In this document: positions 12,246 to 26,032 of the stretch, one piece after another | Layout of the letters: the number at the start of each line of letters is the position of its first letter | How positions within the stretch are numbered: the first letter of the stretch is position 1 | Origin: Octopus sinensis | Taxonomy: Eukaryota | DNA: 64,000 bases | Direction: 5' to 3' | Assembly: GCF_006345805.1 (NCBI RefSeq) | Contig: NC_042999.1 | Coordinates: 41,230,001-41,294,000 of the forward strand | Program-made: the position numbers and the translations under genes | Notes under the pieces: generated by a model | The model's database searches: none | What the model was told of the DNA's origin: nothing | What the model saw: the letters and a program-made list of their open reading frames with translations, nothing else

Positions 12246-13577
12246 TTGTGAATACCTGTGCATGTCTATGTTTCTACATATGGGTAACCCGTCAAAGAGA
12301 AAAATCTCTGTAATATGTCTTTTAGTAGATTCAGATTGGTGCTTAATGTTTCATACATTTTTAGTTTCGTTTACATTTATTTATGACTATATTGTAAGTA
12401 AATATATGTAGAACAAAATGTAACATCCAGCTTAGCTGGATTACTATTATCAATATATATTTATATCAGCCTCTGATATTTTACTCTCTGATGACACGTA
12501 GAAATACTCCAGCCTCGTAAAGTTCATTCTCACTCATGCATTCTAGATAATTGTCATAGTGAATCATTGATTTTCGATACTTACATGGAGTGGGGTACAA
12601 CAGCTTTAGGTATGGATTCCATTCTATATATTTCGCATTCACCTTACAATTCATATCAACACATTAACATTATTTGATTGTGATGGATGTTGGTTTCCAT
12701 AAACTGTGTTATTTATCTGATTTTATCACTGAACTATGAAACACCAGGCTATAATTTTCATGCGAATTAATTATGAGGCGGTTTAAACCAGGTTACTTTA
12801 CTCCTGCTTAGTTATCCTATTATAGGAAACGGGCATGAATTTTCAATGCAAAATAGCAAGAAGTATCTTACTGAGAAAGTCTCTTTAATTACTCCCTAGA
12901 GCTGTAGGAAACCCTCTCAACGGTGTCCCATTTTAAGGATTTCTCGGGGTTCCTATTACTTCACCTTTTAGGTTTCTACTTATAGCAACTACTCAGTTTG
13001 CGTATGCTAGTAGAGAATGTGACTTATTTGAGATACTTACAAATGGTTATAATTAACCTTTTTGGATTAAAATATAAATACTACTGATAATAAAATTCCG
13101 CGATAAAACATTCGATATAAATGCAGGAAAACAGTACCTAGACAAAGGAACTATATGCATTCAGTTTTCCTGCTATCAAAACTTGTTATCCCATATAACA
13201 AGGAGAATTTTGGATTTATCCTCTGAAGGACGCGAGAATGCATTTCGCTGCAAAAACAATCCAATGGTAAATTTTTGCTCGCAGACAAATTGTGGGAAAT
13301 TACTTAGAAATATGAATGACGTTTTCGGAGCGTTGGCCACGTGTATTTCTGCATCATGAGCATCGTCAACAATCTATTCAGTATCCGGTTTATAAAGCCT
13401 ATATCCAGTATTCGTAGGTGCACGCGCAGTGACTTAGAAAGATATGAATTCTGCAATACATTGACAATTTATTGTCCAATGTGTTTTTTTCACACATTTT
13501 ATACGCCAGGGAAATTTTCTACTGAAATTGCTTCTACAGAAATTGTTCTTCACGCGCCTAATTGTACACCGACATGT

Positions 13578-14310
<733 letters not shown>

Positions 14311-15066
14311 TAATTATATGTTCGCACAGACAGATGTCTCATGTCTCTATCATTTTCCAAACTTGACAGATTATTTTATCGCCGCTTCTATTTTTGAACA
14401 CTTATTATCGGCTTGACGTTTCCAACGACGGCTTTACACTATATGACACGTTGTCAACTACACGCGCACTTTCACTTCACCAACGTCACACTATTTGCTA
14501 ATGCTAAATGCATATGTATGTCACGATAATAATAATAATAACAATAATGATAATAATATTAATAATAATGATAAGAGGAATGCTTCACACCATTCCAGCG
14601 AATTAGATATAATATGAAGATTCCAGCACCGTAATTTACACTCTGCTATATCGATGGTTGGCGCAGCGGTCAATTGACCATTTCATTTCTAATTAACTTC
14701 CCGTTAATGCATACAATTCCCTCACTTTCAGTTGTCTTGGCTTCTGCCAGTAATACACCGTATATACACTTTTCTTTCTTTTCTTTTTCATTTTCCTTCC
14801 ACCACCTCTTTCTTTGCACAATAGATCCCTCATCACGCTGAAGTTCTGGAAATTGTCAATGTTATGCCTTTGTCAATCGAACAAGTTTGGTTCAGGTTCT
14901 ATTAAGATCTTCTAAACTCCACCGACCTTGCTTTGCAGATTGTTAAGAGTGCAGTAAATGAAATTACAAAATCCAATTAAAATATTATTGGATCTAATGC
15001 AGATGGGAACTACAGAATAAGTGTCAAAGTTATCACACTTTTTGCTTTAAACCCAACTAATTTCAA

Positions 15067-15124
<58 letters not shown>

Positions 15125-15140
15125 GCTTCATCATCATCAG
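15067..15140. repeat. (CAT)n microsatellite
   Basis: Directly visible. Confidence 0.95.
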
Positions 15141-15224
15141 TCTATACACCTGCCTTTATAATTATTTGTCTTATCACCTATATAATTCTCTACATTCCTT
15201 TTTTTCCGAATCTATGTATCTTCG

Positions 15225-15455
15225 TGGAGAAGCGTGGCTTCGTGATTCGGGTGTTGGACTCATGATCGTAAGACTGTGGTTTCGATTACTGGACCGGGCG
15301 ATGCGTTGTGTTCTTGAACAAAACACTTCATTTCACGTTGCTCCAGTATACTCAGCTGGCGAAAATGACTAGCATCTCAGCGGAGAAGAATCTATATGCA
15401 CCATGGAAACTGGGAAACCGGCCCTTATGAGTCTATGTGATTCGAAAATGAACTT
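15225..15455 (+). mobile_element. tRNA-derived SINE with CORE/Meta-like central domain (related to families D and E)
   Basis: Head GGAGAAGCGTGGCTT...GTGGTTTCGATT, then GTTGTGTTCTTGAACAAAACACTTCATTTCACGTTGCTCCAG; related to the reverse complement at 36490-36560. Confidence 0.75.
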
Positions 15456-16105
15456 CATCCGTTATCTTCACTATACATGTATGTGTGTGTGTATGTGTGT
15501 GTGTTTGTGTGTGTTTGCATATCGCTGTACTCCCATTAAGGCTTGAGAACGGGACAATGTTCATGGTTTTAGGAGGTCCGTCAAGATAAGTAAGTTTGAT
15601 GCTAAAAAGGAAGATGAAAAAGCCGTGAACCCTTGAGTGGAGGCTGCTAGTAATTGCTCAACATTGTTTGAGCTCTTCTTTATAGTCTGACCAGATTAAA
15701 CAATATACAGATTTGTTCACGCTTACGCACTCAGTGCGCAGAAACACATAGAGAAAGGCATGCGTATATAAATGCATAAGTATGTGTTTTTGTGTGTGTA
15801 TATATTTGTATATACATATCTATGTGCTTATATGTGTGTGTGGGTGTAATTCGATATATACGCGTGTGTGTATATGTCTGCATAGGTGTGTATATTTCAA
15901 GAGGAAATATACTCCTTTAGAAATTACCCTTCACCCTTTAAACAGCACATAAATTAACGGCCTTATTTAACGAATAAGAGAAATACTTCTTGCTCGTTTT
16001 TGAGTTTGGTTTCTGCCACTGGTTAACTATCGTTAAATATGCCTACCGTAAACTGCCACCTATGGTGGATTTTTCTTATTTCATTCAGTGATCATTTATC
16101 TAATA

Positions 16106-16159
16106 CAGTAGTGCCTCAGTTTTCGAACAACTCTGATCACGTAAAATCGTGCTTTACAT

Positions 16160-16235
<76 letters not shown>

Positions 16236-16357
16236 TTATTCGTAAACAGAGGCGTTCGTAAACCGAGGTTCTACTGTATTAAATGAATATGAGAAAGAAA
16301 TGAGATAGAGCACGATTTATTCGTGATCAGTGTTGTTCGAATACCGAGGTACCATTG
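16106..16357. mobile_element. Tc1/mariner (pogo/Tigger-like) MITE with TA target duplication and an extra internal right TIR
   Basis: TA|CAGTAGTGCCTCAGTTTTCGAACAACTCTGATCACG versus CGTGATCAGTGTTGTTCGAATACCGAGGTACCATTG|TA. A second end, CCGAGGTTCTACTG|TA, lies at 16263-16278. Confidence 0.8.
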
Positions 16358-18285
16358 TAGTACGTTACCCATCGGTGTAACAAATGACAGCTACTTTGTA
16401 TAGGTATAGAGTTCTTTAAGAGAGATTTCGCTGTTAATTCCTGCAATCATGTAGATCCTGTGATGATATGTTACAAAGATTTAATATCATATTTTGTATG
16501 TCCTAACTATGTTTCTATTAAAGGAAGATAGAAAATGAGATTGTTGACATATTTGCCAAATGATTAAATGCAATAAAATCACACGTCTAAAGCCAAGAAT
16601 CTTTCTGATAACAACTGTATTCTATGTTCTGTATGTTACTGGTCTTATTTACAAGTACTAATACAAGACACATGTGTTCACTCATGTATGCGATATACAT
16701 GTAGTATTTAAATAGAGAATATACTATTCATGTATTAATATAGCCTCCTGGTTTTATTTCCTACAAGAAGGGCGTTTTATACACAGTAGAAATATGTGTA
16801 TATATGCTTGCTTTTGTTTTATACGGTGATATGTTTATATACTGAAAGGTTTTGCACAATGTTTAGAATACTATTTTCAGCTTGGTGGTTGTCTTTACAA
16901 ACTCGTTTAGTATGAGTTTCAGGAATACACATGAAAACAGGAACTTATAGAAACACGTTATGTAGTGATTTAATGGTGTTTTAACCCAGTGAACTAGAAA
17001 AATGCCTGGTTGTTAGACAGCAGAAAAACCTGTAATTTCAGGAAGAAATTTCTCGTTTAATAATAGGGAGAAAAGAGGAATTTTTGTCCCTCCGCCTTTT
17101 TCTTGCTTTATTGAGAAGTATATTTCATGATATAAACGTTCAATTACATTATTGTTTATTGATCTAATATTTTACCGTAGTGTTTAATGAAGTGTATCTT
17201 ACTTAAATAAATGAACGGAAAATATCGGTAAATAAATGACAGGATGCACATAACTTGATATTTATTTGAATTTAGTTGCAATTTTAAATGACAAACATAT
17301 ATTTTCGTAAATACTATAATCAAGATCAGGGAAAACAAATGGCAGAATCGAAATATTGTCGGTTACTTTGCGCTGCATTTTCAATTCTAAATTTCTACGG
17401 TTTTGGGGTTCAAATCTAACGATGGTTAACTTTGTCTTTCATGCTTCTGGAGTTCGATAAAGTGTGAATGTTACACTGCGATTGATTATTTTCTCTGTCT
17501 CTCTCTTTCTGTGTGCATTTTTATGATTTAGAAGACATCCGCTGTTGACAAGAGAGGGTTGGGCTTCGGAAAGTCTCAAATTGCTCAGAACTTAACGGAA
17601 TAACACGATGGAACCCCCGTAAACTGAATCAAGGATCTGGGAGCTAACGAAATAGAATGAAAAGCATATATAATCTAAGACTGTAGTCTGTATTCTGCAT
17701 AGGCCTGAATTTTACGAACGTCTGCCTAGAAACTTATGATACATGCATCTGGGAGTTGGAATAGCTGAGTTGATAGAAAATCGATTAGACGAGCTGTGCT
17801 GTATATTCTGAAATTGACGTATTCGTAAAAATAATTTATTAAAGAGGTCATTTTTGTTATAGATCTAAATGCGAAATGAAAATGTTTGTTGTGCAGAGTT
17901 GATGTCAAATAGTCTCGAAGATTCAATGAGATCATTTACGCTTTTGTCCATTGAAAGTAAACCATTAATTATAGTTTTTGTAGTAGAAGATAATAATTGA
18001 TATGCTTGGCCATATACACGCAGACACAGATGTGTGCACGTATACAGACCTACGCACACAAGTACAAACACAGAATAAAGACCAAGATTGGAGACGGGAT
18101 TTAGGTACATAGGCAGATGAAAAAGTCATCAATAATACTCTTCTAACGCTGTCGACGCATGTAATTCGTAATTATAGACCGAAATCGAAAACATAATCCA
18201 TTATAGATATAAGATTTATGTTATCTATATTAATCTTAGAACAAGGCTTTTGGAAATATATATTTTAATATGATGTGCGATTGTA

Positions 18286-18695
18286 AGGCAGCGAGGTGGT
18301 AAAATCGTTAGAACGACGGGCTTTACGTTCTGAATTGAAATTCTGCGGAGGCCGACTTTGCCTTTCATCTTTTCAGTATCGATAAAATAAATGACATTTG
18401 GACATTGGGGTCGATGTAATCGACTTATATTCTTCGCTGAAATTGCTGGCCTTTACAAAAATTTGAAACCGGTACGATCCCACATAGTAGAGCGGTGAGG
18501 TGGCAGAATCGTTATCATGAGCAGGCAATGTACTTAGCAGCGTTTCGTTTGTCCGTCTTTACGTTCTGAGTTCAAATTCCGCCGAGGTCGACTTTGCGTT
18601 TCATCGTTTTGTCGATCGAAAAAATATATACCAGTAGAGCACTAGTAATCGACTTTCCCCTCATCGAAATTGCTGACTTTGTGCCAAAATTTGAA
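18286..18695 (+). mobile_element. Two tandem SINE family A copies
   Basis: Heads at about 18286 and 18493, each followed by the GACTTTGC.TTTCATC core and a CCAAAATTTGAAA-type end. Confidence 0.85.
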
Positions 18696-18739
18696 AGCAG
18701 TATGATGCAGGATAGTAATGTTGGTACACGACATGCATA

Positions 18740-18758
18740 CGTTTGTGTGTGTGTCTGT

Positions 18759-18830
<72 letters not shown>
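18740..18830. repeat. (TG)n microsatellite
   Basis: Directly visible. Confidence 0.97.
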
Positions 18831-18833
<3 letters not shown>

Positions 18834-20909
18834 GACATCCATCCTACAGTTGAGAGAATTTTTCTTTTTTGGATGTATTCTGTCTTTGCTTTTGAATGTG
18901 CAGTCGCCTTCCCTGTATTATTTATTCATTGCATGGTAATACGTCGTTTTGTTGACACACACACTTGCCCACATACAAATACATACAAACAAGCATATGC
19001 ACGCACATACACACGCACACACATTTATAAATATGTCTGTATAAGTGCGTTTGTGGTTCTATACTTATGACTAATCTATTGATTTGCGTATAATTAAATT
19101 TTGATTTGTTCAATATTCCCTGGATTTCTAATAACTCTGACACCATAGATTTTCGTATTTCTTGGAAAGCAGGATATCTTATATTAGTAATCACCATTTT
19201 ACCACTGTCTCTTACAGCTTATTAAAGCATCGAAAAGTTTTCGCGACACCTAACTTGATGACTTCATCAAATAAGCTACCAATTTACTCACTCGCTTCTT
19301 CGCTAATTAACGTGTTGCTAATCTTAAAGTAATCAAATTCGTCACAACTAATTTGCAATACCATTCTTATGCACAGTATCTTAAATGTGGTAATAGAGAG
19401 AAACTGAGATATACATGGAAACAAAGATACATACCTGCTTACATATTCATTCTTGTATGCTTGGAATGTACATACTTGCGTTGTGTGTGAATATGTATAT
19501 GGTTGTTAGCCTTTTGACTATGTGTTGTGTTAAAATTTATCGAAGCAATCATTACGCTTGGGAAATACGAAGACTTAGTATATGTATATGTTGTAATAAT
19601 CTTAATTATAAGCTGAAGTCCTACACTCTGTCATTGCCAATGAACTAACTATCAATCATGTTGTGAAGTTAATGACCAGTGTTGCTATAGATTGTTGCAC
19701 ATTAAACCATACTACATTATCAATTGCATCTACGATGTAATATATGTTTTGAAAGAGTTATTTTTTCTGCTGAAAAAGGCGTCTGATCTGTTATTTACCA
19801 AAATTCATCATTGCACTGTATTTCATATAGCCTTTTAGCAATTGTATACTTAATATATATTCACTAACTTTGACACAAATTTTCTCTAGAGGTTATTATA
19901 AAGAACATAGTTTCTGAAAAAAAATTACGCAATTTCATAAAATGTTCAGCCTAAATTTTAATTTCTGCTTCTGGCGTAAGGCACAAGAAGTTTTAGTCAA
20001 TACGCATACTGATCAGTTCTGCTTCGAAATATTGCTTGTCCGTATAGTGTTGTTGTTGCTGATGTTCCCTGTTTATTTCTACGTCAACCCTATTCGAGCA
20101 GACTGCCGATCAGAAGCGTTCCAATTGTGTCTAGCTCATTTTTTAGGAGTTTGTAGAACTACATTATGTAATGTGTTATTTCCTCATGTAAGACAGTAGC
20201 ATGTAGTAATACTGTAACGCTAACAATTTGAAAAACAGCACCCATGTATATGTATACATGTTTGCATGCATGTGTGTGTGTGTATATATATATATACACT
20301 TTAGACTATATATATATATATATATATATATAGTCTAAAGCGAGTGTTTCTAGATATATGAAGTAACGTCCAAACATAAATTTTAATTACTTCCAAAATA
20401 ATTGGTTCTATTATATAACGAAAACGAGCTTTTGTTAACTGTATTGATTTCAACACTCTTACAAGCTGAAGATAATTAGTTAAAATTTAGAAACTCACAA
20501 ACTAACATTATAACATGAAACAAAACGGAGACTATTAAAATATATACATTTAGACGCAGATGATAACTTTCCTAGATTGGTCATGTAGTCGTGTAAGTAT
20601 ATACATGATGTTCTTAATAATTTTTTTAAAAAAGATACGTAATAAAAATTTTCAAAACATCGAAGCAAATAATTTGGTTCCGTATCTACCAATGAAATCA
20701 ATATACTGGCAGTTCATTTAATAGTTTCAAAAACCCTTTGGTTTCGATATCTTGCATTGTTGCTATTTGTTGCTTCTTTCGTAATTGGTGGTGAAATCTT
20801 GCACATAATATCTTTTATAAAACTAGTAAACTTCCAAAATAAAATTTTAAAGTCTCAGTCAAGATTTGCGTTCAACATTTTATTATTTGGCTTTCAGTCT
20901 GTTTAGGCA

Positions 20910-21350
20910 GAATATCTTGAGAATCTGATGTTTAACAAAAAAGAAAGTCTCAAAACGCCTATAACGGCAGTTCCAAGAAATTAGTGTGTACGTTAAGGTC
21001 CTGAAGCGACCATAAATTGTGAGCAGTTACGTTAATGTATTAATGTCCACCATAATGTCTTAAAGTAATTGTAATGGCCATGCAGAGAAAACACTGTTTA
21101 TCAAAAGATTTTGAAGTAGTTGTAAATGCTGTCTTGCGGAGCTAATATCCAACATTAAGTCTAGAAAAAGATATAATGGCTGCTCTGAGAAATTAGTGTC
21201 TGCCATAAGAACTCGCAATGGTTATAAACTTCGTGATGTAGACTAGCATTATGAACAGTTTCAAGACGATACAGTAGAGCTAATATCCAACACGAATTCT
21301 TCAATCTGTTAATAATGGTAGTCTTGGGGAATTAGTGTCAGCCATAAGTA
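20910..21350. repeat. Old degenerate tandem repeat, about 51-bp unit, 7-8 copies
   Basis: Homologous AATTAGTGTC-like anchors at 20979, 21038, 21089, 21140, 21191, 21278 and 21330 (spacings 59, 51, 51, 51, 87, 52). Confidence 0.75.
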
Positions 21351-21872
21351 GTCATAGCAGCTTTTCCGTCCAGGATAAAGCATTGACATGGCAATAATTA
21401 TTGAGTTGGAAATTTATTGAAAAGAAATGCAAAATAGACATTTTAGTAATTAATTACGTTCAGAAAAGAAATATCTTTTATACATTGTTTATTATATATT
21501 TTATCAACCATTCACTCGAAGCAAGCAAGCAGATTCATTTTTTTCTATCAACTGCATAATATTCATTCATTATTTTTATATTGAAAAAGAGCGTACTAGG
21601 AAAACTTTGCTTCATTTATAAATTCTTTGTTTGAATTTTAGAGTTTGTAAACGAATCATTTTCTTTAATTAGTTTCTGTGCAACTATTCCTAATTCATTC
21701 CAATGTTAGTGTTGTGACAAATGTGAAAACAGAAAGGAAGAAGTAAACATCTAAGTTTAGTTTTTCCTTCTGTTTGCAATATTTACGTCTACTTTACACA
21801 CACACTAAAATGTTCACACAAATATATATGCACATGCATATATTATAAATGTAGCTCTCTCTCTCGCTCTTA

Positions 21873-21904
<32 letters not shown>

Positions 21905-22134
21905 TATCTTCTCTCTTATTCAATCTTCTGTTATATCCCCCGTTGACTTTCTGTTAGATTTTGGTTTTCTTTCTCTTGCCCACTGTCATAGTATGCAAGC
22001 ACATGTCAGTCTGATAGCGTATATATATATATATATGTTTGTGTGCGTGTATGTGTATACACACATATATGTGAGAGAGAGAGAGAGAGAGGGAAAGAAA
22101 GAATGAGAGAGAGAAAGTAAGAACGAGAGAAATA

Positions 22135-22174
<40 letters not shown>

Positions 22175-23307
22175 GAGGGGCAATGACATTTAAGGTTTTT
22201 ATTTAAATTTCGATAATATATTAGGGAATGATTGATTGTTAACTGGTCATTAAAAGCGACGAGGTTATACGGTGGCAGTTATTTTATCACCGTCTATGTT
22301 TGTTCCCATGATATATGTATATTATCTGCCTGAGTTCAATCGGAAAAACGTTCGAATAAATTTCTGAAATTTTAAGTGAGATTCATTACATTTCAACCGT
22401 TTACAACTTTAATGTTTAGAGTTGTTTATAGGCAATAATTGCAATTCGTACTCTGGGTAAACTATGAAATATAGCTCTGAATCAATTCTACATACATATT
22501 ACTAGTAAAGTTTTGAGCACCAATATATAAAGCGTACCTCCTTCTCTACCAAGCTTTCTGTTTTTGCTATGCAAAAACTCGTTAATCATATCTATGATTA
22601 AAGACTTTCGTGTGATAAATGCATTATTTAATGAATTCCTTATATTTTTAGGAATAGTAAGTTATTATTTGTGGGAGATTTGGCTACTACTTCTCGTACC
22701 AGCTACTACATATTCGTGGTAGTAAATTTCTTACTGGAATATTCCAGGAAGATAATCATTTTAATTGCAAGAATAAATTCTGTGTAAGCAGAAAAAATTC
22801 TCTTTTGCTTCTAGTACTTATGTTTTCTAATGTTTGTACGTTTGCTCTGTCTGTTATCATATAATCTACTCCTTTGTATCAGGCACGGTTTCGAGGTTTG
22901 TTGCTTTTCACATATTGTAATAGATTTTCAGTAGTTTATATTTTATTAAACTATTTTCCTAGAATTTATCATTTTATCTTAGAATTTGCTTCCCACATAA
23001 ATGTAAAAACATTTTTGGAATATTTTGTTGTTGCTTCTATTTGGGATATACATATATACACATATATACATATACACACATATATATATACATAGACATA
23101 CATATATATGTATATATATATATATACATACACAGCTATATATATACACACATATACGTAAATATATACACATATAAATACATATATATTATTGGATTTC
23201 AGATGTATGTATATATATGTGTGTGTGTATCTATGTATATATATACACTTAATAGAAACATGAATGCGTATACATATATATATATACATATATATATATA
23301 TACATGC

Positions 23308-23380
23308 ATATGATTGATTGATTGATTCTAGTTTCAGCTTATGAGCTGTGGCCATGCTGGGGCACCGCCATTTGGTGTTG
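23308..23380 (-). mobile_element. 5'-truncated retroposon 3' end with (AATC)n tail
   Basis: Minus strand CCCCAGCATGGCCACAGCTCATAAGCTGAAACTAGAATCAATCAATC. A near-identical copy lies at 23925-23985. Confidence 0.7.
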
Positions 23381-23456
23381 CTATATATGCATATATATGC
23401 ATATATATATACATAAACATATATATTTATAAATACATACATTCATACATATATGA

Positions 23457-23499
<43 letters not shown>

Positions 23500-23924
23500 A
23501 GTGTCCAGGATATGAAAAATACGTTTTAAGTTGAAATTATGAACACGATTATAATAAGGACAAAAGAAAAAAAATTCTTTGCCAATGTGCTGAAAAATAG
23601 ACGCTAAACCGTATAACCACACAAAATATTTTTATTATTACAAACCTGTCGCAACGAGGAAAGGAACGTAACAGAAATTCGTAAAACTTTAGTTATCCGC
23701 GTTACGGTCAGGATTCTGGAATAATCCAAAAGGATTTTTTGTTCATCAGCGAGGAACACAATGAAAATAAATGACATACTCAGGGAAAAGCATACGCAAA
23801 CATATGAATACATATAAGTACCCAAATGTATCTTTTGCCCTTATTTATAATTTTGTGTATACGTATGAATATATAAAACACACACATATATATATGCATA
23901 TTCAAATATATATATAGTTGGAAT

Positions 23925-23985
23925 ATATGATTGATTGATTGATTGATTCTAGTTTCAGCTTATGAGCTGTGGCCATGCTGGGGCA
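23925..23985 (-). mobile_element. Second copy of the same truncated 3' end
   Basis: Identical to 23308-23364 apart from one extra GATT unit. Confidence 0.7.
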
Positions 23986-24068
23986 ATAAAAAAAAACGAA
24001 AGACAGGAAATAGGTGTGTAAAAAACAAACAGGTGTATTAGTTTAACACTCAGGAAAGTGAGAAAGTA

Positions 24069-24104
24069 ATTTACGTTTCGAGCCTAAGCTCTTCAGCAGA
24101 AAAG
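24069..24104 (-). ncRNA. Hammerhead-like motif, A6C variant, in a short element (about 23988-24160)
   Basis: Minus strand: CTTTT-CTGCTGA-A-GAGC(TTAG)GCTC-GAA-ACGT-A-AAT. Stem II is perfect; stem I is reduced. Confidence 0.55.
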
Positions 24105-24664
24105 AACACAATAAAATAAACAGGGAGAGAGAAAATATAAAAAAAGCTTTAGTGGCTAACGGTCAATTGTGGCGATGGTTGGACAGAGGTGGTCAGACAT
24201 ACATACACAAACAGACACATGCACAAATAAATACATAAGTAAATAAATAAATATATGAAAATGTATACACATCTATACGAACATGCCTGCATATATACAT
24301 ATGCCCCAAGAATATATGTGCGCATGACGCATTTACGCACACAGAGATACATACATGTGCACGCACAAATATATGATCAATTTTCTTCTTATACGGCAAA
24401 CTGAAACAGTTTTCGCTAGTCTTGCAGCCTATTATCAAGGGAGCATGCATTAAAAATACATAAGATAAAATATGCACACATTGCAAGAGAAGTCGAAAAT
24501 TCACAGGCACCACCTGTCGATGTTAATATAATGTCCCTCTCTTTCTCTTTTCCGCTTTATATTTCTGTGTTCTTGAATGGAATATACATGTGTGTATATA
24601 TATATACACAGACACACACATGCTCACAGACATAACACACACACGTATGTAATATAATATATAT

Positions 24665-24698
<34 letters not shown>

Positions 24699-24806
24699 AA
24701 CGCGCATGTATATAAATATGCCTATATATATACATATATATAGACGTATGTATATATACATATATATACATGTGTGTGCGCATATAAATCTATGTGATTA
24801 TGTGTA

Positions 24807-24837
<31 letters not shown>

Positions 24838-25322
24838 GTTATATTATATATATATGTATATATATATATATATGTATATATATGTCTATATATATATACA
24901 TGTATTTATGTGCATAAATGCGCGCGTGTGTGTGTGTGTGTGGTGTGTGTGCATGTATACAACCTACACTGGTGAACTGGGACTGGATGTCAGCCACACT
25001 AAATGAAATTCCTTTCAATTGATGATAGTAAATTTAATTGAGTGTAAGTCCCATGGTATTACATATAAGACTGGCGCGGATTCGTGCTACTTGGCACATC
25101 ATGAATTATACATAATTGGGGAACTCATACAGACGTTTATATTGAAACACACACAAACACGCACCCATACACACACACACACACACGCACACACACACCC
25201 ACGAGTATGCAAAACATGTATATATATATTCGTTTACATATGTATGTTTGTACTTGTACTATTAATATATGGCCGTGTATGTATGTATCAAGATCTATAA
25301 GTATGTATGAATATGTATATAC

Positions 25323-25356
<34 letters not shown>

Positions 25357-25358
25357 TA

Positions 25359-25424
<66 letters not shown>

Positions 25425-25476
25425 TATTGGTGAATTGAAGAAATGGAGCTGAACGCAGATTGAACAGAACGTTTTA

Positions 25477-25561
25477 TTTCATTCTACCGTTTTCGAAAGG
25501 CCAAATTACCAAAATCCGATTGAATAATGGACCATATTGTGTCTTTCTCTTCAGGAAGAAA
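25477..25561 (-). ncRNA. Partner hammerhead; core intact, stem III palindrome disrupted
   Basis: Minus strand TTTCTTC-CTGAAGA-GAAAG...GGCCTTTC-GAAA-ACGG-TA-GAATGAAA. Confidence 0.6.
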
Positions 25562-25680
25562 AAGAAATCCGTTGGAAAAACAAAAACAGAACAGAGTTTC
25601 GCCATGGGCTCTTAGGAGCACAGTTCGATTTGTTTTTTTTGCTCTGCCTCTGTTCTGTTTTTGTTTTCCAACGGATTCCT

Positions 25681-25769
25681 TTTCTTCCTGAAGAGAAAGA
25701 CACAATATGGTCCCATTATTCAATCGGATTTTGGTAATTTGTGCCTTTCGAAACACGTGTAGAATGAAA
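25681..25769 (+). ncRNA. Type I hammerhead ribozyme with canonical core, palindromic stem III and large loop II
   Basis: TTTCTTC-CTGAAGA-GAAAGACAC...GTGCCTTTC-GAA-ACACGTGT-A-GAATGAAA. Stem I is 7 bp with one bulge, stem II has 8 of 9 pairs, and the GUA triplet predicts cleavage after 25761. Confidence 0.8.
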
Positions 25770-25989
25770 TAAAACGATTTCTGTTCAATCTGCGTTCAGC
25801 TCCATTTCTTCAATTCACCAATATTTTTAATTTCAATTATCCGCACCAACGCCGGTTGCAACGCCAGTGTTGTACCTCCAACCGTGCTGTTCACTGCTGT
25901 ATTTTTGCTACTAAGGTATCGGTTAAACTTTTGATTATCCACTACAAGATTATTCATCTTTCTTTTCACATAATATATATATATATATA

Positions 25990-26032
<43 letters not shown>

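Larger units (their letters stand above)
25425..25823. repeat. Large fold-back (arms 25425-25596 and 25648-25823, 51-nt spacer) with two divergent hammerheads; probable PLE inverted pLTR
   Basis: The arms are reverse complements with about 9 differences by eye, almost all single-base indels. It begins a few bases after a long (TA)n array. Confidence 0.95.

Noticed and set aside
12488-12504. CTGATGA-CACGTA-GAAA
   Set aside because: The closing pair of stem II fails and flanking stems are not supportable.
14825-14905. + strand segment after a long pyrimidine tract (IPHHAEVLEIVNVMPLSIEQVWFRFY*)
   Set aside because: No convincing donor before the stop and no homology recognised.
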